From Armatimonadota bacterium (GTDB taxonomy: Bacteria; Armatimonadota; Zipacnadia; Zipacnadales; UBA5352), in the NCBI GenBank assembly GCA_034722055.1, contig JAYENL010000065.1, positions 1-12,997 of the forward strand: a stretch of DNA of 12,997 nt, read 5' to 3'. Positions within the stretch are counted from its first letter, which is position 1; every line of letters starts with the position of its first letter. A model generated the notes under the pieces. That model was given only the letters and a program-made list of their open reading frames with translations. It was not told where the DNA came from and did not search any database. Position numbers and translations under genes: made by a program. This document shows positions 7,887 through 12,997 of the stretch, in pieces.

Positions 7887-8894
7887 ATGAGCGAGAGGCT
7901 TGGAGCGGCGGTTATTGGTCTGGGCATGATGGGCGAGCGACACGCCCGGGTATGGGCGGAGCTGCCCGCGACCCGGCTGGTGAGCGTGTACGACATCGTG
8001 GATGAGCCGACCCAGGACGTGGCAGGCGACCTCGGCTGCGCGGCTGCGGGCTCGCTGGAAGAGGCCATTGGGGCGGACGGGGTCGAGATCGTCAGCGTGT
8101 GCACCGACGATCAGGCGCATCGTGAGGCCTGCGTGGCGGCGGCCGAGGCGGGCAGGCACGTGCTGGTCGAGAAGCCGCTGGCGACCACGCTGGCCGACTG
8201 TGACGCCATCATCGAGGCGTGTGATGCCGCCGGCGTGAAGCTGATGACGGGGCATATCTGCCGCTTCGACGCCTGCTACGTGCGCTGTCGCGATGCGGTG
8301 GCGTCGGGAGAGGTGGGGGACGTGGTGCAGGTCTTCGCGCGCCGCAACAACATCGTGCCCTCCGGCCGGCGTATCGGCCCGCGGACCTCGGTGGCGTTCT
8401 TCCTGGGCGTGCATGACATCGACCTCATCCACTGGGTGACGGGCTCGCGTATCACGCGCGTGCACGCCGAGAGCACCAGCAAGGTCCTGGCGGACATCCC
8501 GGCCGATGACAGCATCATGACCGTGCTGCGGCTGGACAACGGTGCGGTGGGGGCGCTGGAGACCTGCTGGGTGATCCCCGAGGGCTCCCCGAACACCCTG
8601 GACGCGCGGCTGGAGGTTGTGGGGACGCGCGGGCGGGTGGCGGCGCGCGTGGGCGGCGAGGGATACGAGCAGCAGTCAACCCAGCGCGCCGACCGCCCGG
8701 ACATCGCCTACTGGACGGAGATGCACGGGCGGGCCTACGGCGGTCTCCGGACGCAACTTGAGCACTTCGCTGAGTGCGTGCTGAAGGATCGCGAGCCGGC
8801 CATCTCCCCCCAGGACGCGCGACAGGCGGTGGCTGTGGCCGCGGCGATCCACGAGTCGCTGGAGAGGGGCGCGCCGGTTGAGGTGGGAACATGA
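7887..8894 (+). CDS. Gfo/Idh/MocA family NAD(P)-dependent oxidoreductase
   Basis: AVIGLGMMG, VCTDDQAH, GRHVLVEKPLA, LMTGHICRF, LGVHDIDL; a GAGGGAG RBS precedes the start; 335 aa. Confidence 0.93.
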   Translation: MSERLGAAVIGLGMMGERHARVWAELPATRLVSVYDIVDEPTQDVAGDLGCAAAGSLEEAIGADGVEIVSVCTDDQAHREACVAAAEAGRHVLVEKPLATTLADCDAIIEACDAAGVKLMTGHICRFDACYVRCRDAVASGEVGDVVQVFARRNNIVPSGRRIGPRTSVAFFLGVHDIDLIHWVTGSRITRVHAESTSKVLADIPADDSIMTVLRLDNGAVGALETCWVIPEGSPNTLDARLEVVGTRGRVAARVGGEGYEQQSTQRADRPDIAYWTEMHGRAYGGLRTQLEHFAECVLKDREPAISPQDARQAVAVAAAIHESLERGAPVEVGT

Positions 8895-8921
8895 CAGGCG
8901 CGAGCGCTGTCAGAGGCTGAG

Positions 8922-10331
8922 GTGATGGCAGTGACCCCATGGCGGCTCCTGAGGCTGATCGGCGCGGCGATCCTGATCCTCTGCGCCTGCGCAACGGCGC
9001 CGGCGCAGGACGAGCGGCTGGTGGCCCTGGAGCTGCCGGCCATGGGGCCGGGCTATCAGCTCGGGGACTGGCTGCAGGGGGAGCTGGCCGACGAGGGGAT
9101 GCACGTGCGCTGGCCGGACCTCGATGAGGAGGGCGCGCCGGCGGAGGCGCCGGACTGCGTGGTGACCTGGTCGGAGCCGGGGCGCCCCGGCAGCGAGGTG
9201 CGGCAGCTTCGTGGCCTGCTCCGACAGGGGCGGGGGATCATCTACGTCATCGGCTCCGGCGAGCGACATCTCCGGGGGGCCCGGTCCTTCTGGGGCCCGA
9301 CGGACGTCACCATCGAGGACCCCGACGGCGGAGCCGGCAGCGCGCAGTGGGTGGATCATCCGCTCACCGAGGGCATGGAGGACATGGGGGCGGTGACGCC
9401 GGGCAGCGCCGTCTCGGGCGTGGGCGGCAGCCCGCTGGTGCGGGCCGGCGGGAGGACCATCGCCATCGCCTTCGACTGGGGGCCGCTGGGCCGGGCGGTG
9501 ATCCTGGACTCCTCGATCATTTTCGATCCGCTGCACACCGACACTCCCAGGCCCGCGGTCCGCGAGTTCCTGCTGCGCGCGGTCCGGTGGAGCTCGGAGG
9601 CGACGGCAGCGGCGCCGCCGGAGGCTCAGCCCGCTGACGAGGAGAGGCCCACGGCGCCCATCTGGGGTGAGCTGCCGGAGCCTGAGGACGTCGGCGGGCC
9701 CGAGTACATGAGGGCGGTCGTTGACCTGCCGACGGAGGCGGACGGCTGGCCGCGACTCCGGGAGACGATCCTGGAGGAGCTGGAACGGGCGCGCCTGGAG
9801 GTCGAGGAGTTGCGGGCCCGTGAGGGCGAGCCGCTGATTGCTCCCGATGACCTGGAGCGTGCCGGGATGCTGGTGGTGGGCTCCGGCCGGGAGGAGGTCC
9901 ACTACACGGAGCCGCTGACGGTGGCCCGGTTCTTCGACACCGGCGGGCGCCTGCTGCTCGTAGGACACGCCCGAGGGCGCCGACAGAAGCGCATGATCGG
10001 CTTCAATCAGCTCCTCAGCCAGCTCTGCATCGCGGCGTCGCTGGGACGCCCGCACGGGGATGCGGAGCTGCAGGAGCATCCCATCACCAGAGGCCTGGAG
10101 CTTCCCGAGAGGCCGCTGGTGCGGGGCGGGATGCAGATATGGACGCCGCTGGCGGAGCCGCTGGTGACCGTTCGCGGCCGGCCGGCGGCCGGAGCGTGGC
10201 AGCGCGGCGACGGCCGCATCGTGCTCATCGACGGCGAGCTGCTGCTCCCGGCGCCGCGCCGGGACGATCCCTATCCGGCCTTCCCTAAGCTACTGCGTCA
10301 AGCCATAGACTGGCTGCTGGGCGAGCGGTGA
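8922..10331 (+). CDS. Secreted hypothetical protein with two tandem GATase-like/DUF4350-like domains
   Basis: N-terminal signal peptide (RLLRLIGAAILILCACATAPA-QD). Two similar halves (HPLTEGM..SPLVRAGGR..GRAVILDS..FLLRAVRW and HPITRGL..EPLVTVRGR..GRIVLIDG..LLRQAIDWL) are separated by an Ala/Pro/Glu linker. The start is GTG 8922 or ATG 8925. Confidence 0.7.
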   Translation: MMAVTPWRLLRLIGAAILILCACATAPAQDERLVALELPAMGPGYQLGDWLQGELADEGMHVRWPDLDEEGAPAEAPDCVVTWSEPGRPGSEVRQLRGLLRQGRGIIYVIGSGERHLRGARSFWGPTDVTIEDPDGGAGSAQWVDHPLTEGMEDMGAVTPGSAVSGVGGSPLVRAGGRTIAIAFDWGPLGRAVILDSSIIFDPLHTDTPRPAVREFLLRAVRWSSEATAAAPPEAQPADEERPTAPIWGELPEPEDVGGPEYMRAVVDLPTEADGWPRLRETILEELERARLEVEELRAREGEPLIAPDDLERAGMLVVGSGREEVHYTEPLTVARFFDTGGRLLLVGHARGRRQKRMIGFNQLLSQLCIAASLGRPHGDAELQEHPITRGLELPERPLVRGGMQIWTPLAEPLVTVRGRPAAGAWQRGDGRIVLIDGELLLPAPRRDDPYPAFPKLLRQAIDWLLGER

Positions 10332-10672
10332 GCGACAGTGGCCGGTGCCAAGGGGCGAGGCGGGTAGTGCTCACCTGCGGAAGTCGCCGGGTCTTGACGA
10401 CGAGCGCAGCCGGCGGGCGTGGGTCGTGGAGGGGCTGCCTGAGCGCGCCACCAAGAGGCGCGCGAAGTCGGCCCGCACGCTGTGGACAACGACGGGGCCG
10501 GCTTCGGCGCGGTTGCGCAGACAACCGCGCCTCAGGACGGCCCCTCCACGTCGGGAGGAGATGTCCTGGCGTGGCCTGAGATGATGCGCGAGTCCCTGCC
10601 ACCACGCACTGGAGAAGAGGGCGTTCGGCGGTGACGCACGGATACCAACCTGTCCACGAGGCGGAATGACTG

Positions 10673-11341
10673 ATGGTCTACGACTTCCACACTCACACCA
10701 CCCTCAGCGACGGGGTGCTGCTGCCGATGGAGCTGATTCGGCGGTGCATCGTGCGCGGATACTCGGCGCTGGGGATCGCGGATCACACCTCCGCCAGCAC
10801 CATGGGGCGGGTGATCCGCGAGGTGCGGCGGGACTGCGAGCTGGCCCGGAAGCACTGGGGCTTCTCGGCGTTCCCCGGCGTTGAGCTGACACACGTCCCG
10901 GCGGCGGCGATCGGGGACCTGGCGGCCGACGCCCTGCGCACGGGCGCGGCCTTCGTGGTGGTCCACGGCCAGTCGCCTGTGGAGCCGGTGGAGCCGGGTA
11001 CGAACCTGGCGGTGGTCTCCTGCGCGGACGTGGACATCCTGGCGCACCCGGGGGATCTGACTGAGGAGGAGGCGCGGCTGGCGGCTGACAACGGCGTCTT
11101 CCTGGAGCTGAGCGCCAGGCAGGGGCACTCGCTGGGCAACGGACGCGTTGGGCGAGTGGCGCTGGAGGCCGGGGCGAAGCTGCTGGTCAACTCCGACGCC
11201 CATGACCCGGACGGCCTGCTGACCGAGGAGAAGGCCCGCGACGTGGCGCGGCTGGCGGGCCTCACCGAGGCCCAGGTGGAGCAGACGCTGGTGGACAACG
11301 CGCAGGAGCTGGTGGAGCGCATCAGAGGCCGGATGGAGTGA
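10673..11341 (+). CDS. PHP-domain phosphoesterase (histidinol-phosphate-phosphatase-like family)
   Basis: Metal-binding motifs DFHTHTTLSDG, IADH, GVELTH, VVHG, ILAHP and VNSDAH; 222 aa. Confidence 0.9.
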   Translation: MVYDFHTHTTLSDGVLLPMELIRRCIVRGYSALGIADHTSASTMGRVIREVRRDCELARKHWGFSAFPGVELTHVPAAAIGDLAADALRTGAAFVVVHGQSPVEPVEPGTNLAVVSCADVDILAHPGDLTEEEARLAADNGVFLELSARQGHSLGNGRVGRVALEAGAKLLVNSDAHDPDGLLTEEKARDVARLAGLTEAQVEQTLVDNAQELVERIRGRME

Positions 11342-11351
11342 GGGAGGCGGC

Positions 11352-12629
11352 ATGAGTCGGCGACGATGGGCGGGAGGGTGCGTGGCGGCGTTGCTGCTCG
11401 CCGCGGCGCTTCCCATCGGCGGCTGTGCGCGGGGCGGCGAGCAGGAGCCGGTGGTGCCCGAGACGGTCCTGGACCTCGTGGTGACCTACGCCGCCGCCGT
11501 GGAGGACGCCTTTTACTACTACGTCGCGCTGGATACCGACGGGGACTTCGGCGCGGACGGGCCGCTGCCGGTGGCCGCTGGCCCCAACTGGGGCAATGGC
11601 TGGGGCACCGGCTCGCTGACACATTACGTGGAGTACCACCAGGGCCGCTACGAGCTGTTCCGGGCCACCCTGGAGCCGGACCTGATCGCCGCCGGGGGCG
11701 GTATCGTGGGCGTCGCGGGGACGCCCGATACCAGCGACGCCGGCGTGCACGCGATCACCATCGATTCGCTGTCGTTGGGCCAGGCGATGGTCACCGGCGA
11801 TGGCGCTATCGCCTCGGTCAGCAACGCGAGCTTCCAGGCCGCGGGGACGCTGAGCATCGAGACCGACGCGGCGGGCCGCACCGTGGCGGATTCCGTCTCA
11901 TGGACGCCCGCGGATGACGGCGGCCGGCCGCTCACCAGCCAGGAGCAGGCGCAGATCGATGTCCTCAATGCCGGCGGGGTGCAGCTTGCGGCGGACTCGC
12001 TGTCGGAGCTGGGGCTTGCCCTGACGCTCAACACCGGTGGCGACCTGTCGGGCGTGCAGACCATCACGGTGCAGCAGACGACCGCTCAGGTGACGGGCGT
12101 GTTCACTCCCGAGGGCCTGGGCGCCGGTCGGACCACGCAGTCCACGCTGCCGGCTAACAACGATGACACGCTGGCGGCGGGCCCCATCCCCGGGATGACC
12201 ATCAGAACGCAGGACCTGGTGGTGGCTGAGTCCGCGCGCATCCGGCTGCTTCCCAACGCCGTGGGGGAGAGCCTGGGCTTTCCATACGAGTCCACGCTCC
12301 CACAGGGCGGCCGGACCCTCCGCGTGACGCTGGACCTGGCGCAGCTTGGCGAGGGCGTGGACGACGTGAGCATCAACTTCATCTCCACCGCGGAGCTGAT
12401 CTTCGACCCCACGGTGGTGAACCCCGACGAGAACACCTACGATGGGCTGGGGCGGCTGGGGAACGACTTCTTCACGATTCTGACCAGCGAGGTGCAGACC
12501 ATCAGCGACGGCGAGGGGCTGGTTGAGGAGGAGTCCGGGGATCCGACGCTCGAAGGGCCGCATCCGCAGGAGGCGCGCAACGCCGTGGATGTGGTGGACT
12601 GGCGGGTGATGGTGCGGCGGCTGCGGTAG
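11352..12629 (+). CDS. Putative lipoprotein, function unknown
   Basis: GGGAGG RBS; signal peptide with lipobox LPIGG-C; acidic, beta-rich sequence (YYYVALDTDGD..GPLPV..PNWGNGWGTGSLTHYVEY; TYDGLG); TAG stop; 425 aa. Confidence 0.8.
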   Translation: MSRRRWAGGCVAALLLAAALPIGGCARGGEQEPVVPETVLDLVVTYAAAVEDAFYYYVALDTDGDFGADGPLPVAAGPNWGNGWGTGSLTHYVEYHQGRYELFRATLEPDLIAAGGGIVGVAGTPDTSDAGVHAITIDSLSLGQAMVTGDGAIASVSNASFQAAGTLSIETDAAGRTVADSVSWTPADDGGRPLTSQEQAQIDVLNAGGVQLAADSLSELGLALTLNTGGDLSGVQTITVQQTTAQVTGVFTPEGLGAGRTTQSTLPANNDDTLAAGPIPGMTIRTQDLVVAESARIRLLPNAVGESLGFPYESTLPQGGRTLRVTLDLAQLGEGVDDVSINFISTAELIFDPTVVNPDENTYDGLGRLGNDFFTILTSEVQTISDGEGLVEEESGDPTLEGPHPQEARNAVDVVDWRVMVRRLR

Positions 12630-12636
12630 GGGCTGG

Positions 12637-12712
12637 CCTCATCCCTCGGAGTTTGCGTCCCAAACTCCACTCCCCTCTGCCTGGCGGCTTGGCCGCAGGC
12701 GGGAGAGGGGGA
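12637..12712. repeat. REP-like palindromic element (CCTCATCCC...CCCCTCT...AGAGGGG type); possible terminator for the plus-strand genes
   Basis: Hairpin GGAGTTTG/CAAACTCC at 12648-12668, followed by a long stem TCCCCTCT-GCCTG-GCGGC..GCCGC-AGGC..AGAGGGGGA at 12671-12712. Confidence 0.65.
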
Positions 12713-12758
12713 CAACGGTAACGTCGCGGGGACGAGACCCACAGCGGGAACCCTTATC

Positions 12759-12851
12759 TTGGGAGGCGGGCGCCCCCGCCCGCCTGCGGGCCGAAGGCCC
12801 GCTCCGAGGTCGCCGAGGGAGTATGTGCGGGCGGGGGCGCCCGCACCCCAA
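12759..12851. repeat. REPIN-like inverted pair of 25-bp palindromic repeats
   Basis: 12759-12783 (TTGGGAGGCGGGCGCCCCCGCCCGC) matches the reverse complement of 12827-12851 (TTGGGGTGCGGGCGCCCCCGCCCGC) at 23/25. An internal GCGGGCCGAAGGCCCGC hairpin lies between them. Confidence 0.8.
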
Positions 12852-12900
12852 CATGTGGAGTGCTGCGGGCACCGCGTGCGGATCGGACGCGAGGCCGTTG

Positions 12901-12977
12901 CCCCCTCCCGCCTGCGCCACGTCGTGTGTGGCGCCAGGGAGGGGGGTGGGCCGAGCGAAGCTCGGGTCGGGGGGAGG
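12901..12977. repeat. REP-like palindromic element, inverted relative to 12637-12712
   Basis: Stem CCCCCTCCC..CTG-CGCCAC..GTGGCG-CCAG-GGAGGGGGG, followed by a CCGAGC-GAA-GCTCGG hairpin and GGGGGGAGG. Confidence 0.6.
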
Positions 12978-12997
12978 CGCGCACGGCGGCTTGCCTC

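Noticed and set aside
7383..11622. Minus-strand ORFs 7383-8465, 8910-10079, 10532-11416 and 10783-11622
   Set aside because: These are shadow frames of well-supported plus-strand genes.
12627..12760. TAG readthrough of the last lipoprotein, implying genome-wide amber recoding
   Set aside because: The sequence after this TAG is palindromic REP-like DNA, so this TAG behaves as a true stop, which argues against global reassignment.

Overview
GC-rich bacterial window; the lineage cannot be established from the sequence, although the lipoprotein and REP content loosely suggests Armatimonadota. The left edge holds the 3' end of a class IIC group II intron: the last codons of its reverse transcriptase/maturase ORF, domain V and domain VI, ending at 124. 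The intron abuts a 92-bp perfect direct repeat (124-215 / 343-434). The second copy sits behind a hairpin plus TTGT and looks like an unoccupied intron target site. A minus-strand gene run follows: miaB (probably a leaderless mRNA), mutS, and a beta-propeller glycoside-hydrolase-like gene split by one in-frame TAG. The plus-strand run contains two Gfo/Idh/MocA oxidoreductases, a PepSY-like lipoprotein, an unannotated 47-codon fragment resembling an M42 peptidase C-terminus, a secreted protein with two repeated domains, a PHP-family phosphoesterase and a large lipoprotein. The window ends in a nested cluster of REP/REPIN-like palindromes.
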